Source of the DNA: Octopus bimaculoides
Taxonomy: Eukaryota
DNA: 64,000 nt
Reading direction: 5' to 3'
Assembly (NCBI RefSeq): GCF_001194135.2
Contig: NC_068984.1
Location: 44,217,517 to 44,281,516 of the forward strand
In this document: one piece after another, positions 63,800-64,000 of the stretch
How positions within the stretch are numbered: position 1 is the first letter of the stretch
Layout of the letters: every line of letters begins with the position of its first letter
Program-made: the position numbers and the translations under genes
The notes under the pieces: generated by a model
Databases searched by the model: none
The model's input: the letters and a program-made list of their open reading frames with translations, nothing else
What the model was told of the DNA's origin: nothing

Positions 63800-63928
63800 N
63801 NNNNNNNNNNNNNNNNNNNNNNNNNNNNNNNNNNNNNNNNNNNNNNNNNNNNNNNNNNNNNNNNNNNNNNNNNNNNNNNNNNNNNNNNNNNNNNNNNNNN
63901 NNNNNNNNNNNNNNNNNNNNNNNNNNNN

Positions 63929-64000
<72 letters not shown>
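63929..64000. repeat. (GATA)n microsatellite
   Basis: Seen directly. Confidence 0.95.

Overview
AT-rich, microsatellite-dense animal genomic DNA with about 21 N-gaps (roughly 7-8 kb in total). The SINE and LINE families resemble those I recall from octopus, so the source is probably an Octopus bimaculoides-type short-read assembly (inference, not a database result). No host gene could be named, and most long ORFs in the track are microsatellite or N artefacts. The window is dominated by decayed mobile elements: several tRNA-derived SINE families, four mariner (D34D) relics, one D37D maT-like relic, RTE/BovB-like, L1/Tx1-like and R4/Dong-like LINE fragments, and Penelope-like remnants. The most interesting observations are: (1) an RTE/BovB-like LINE with twin-priming-type 5' inversion geometry; (2) a ~290-bp repeat with a tRNA-like core that is folded back into a near-perfect ~115-bp inverted repeat at both of its loci; (3) a recognisable, probably degenerate, minimal type I hammerhead ribozyme; (4) a ~325-bp imperfect hairpin; and (5) weak, unverified plus-strand exon candidates that may encode a SEA-like extracellular protein. 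Family labels A-E for SINEs are my own working names.
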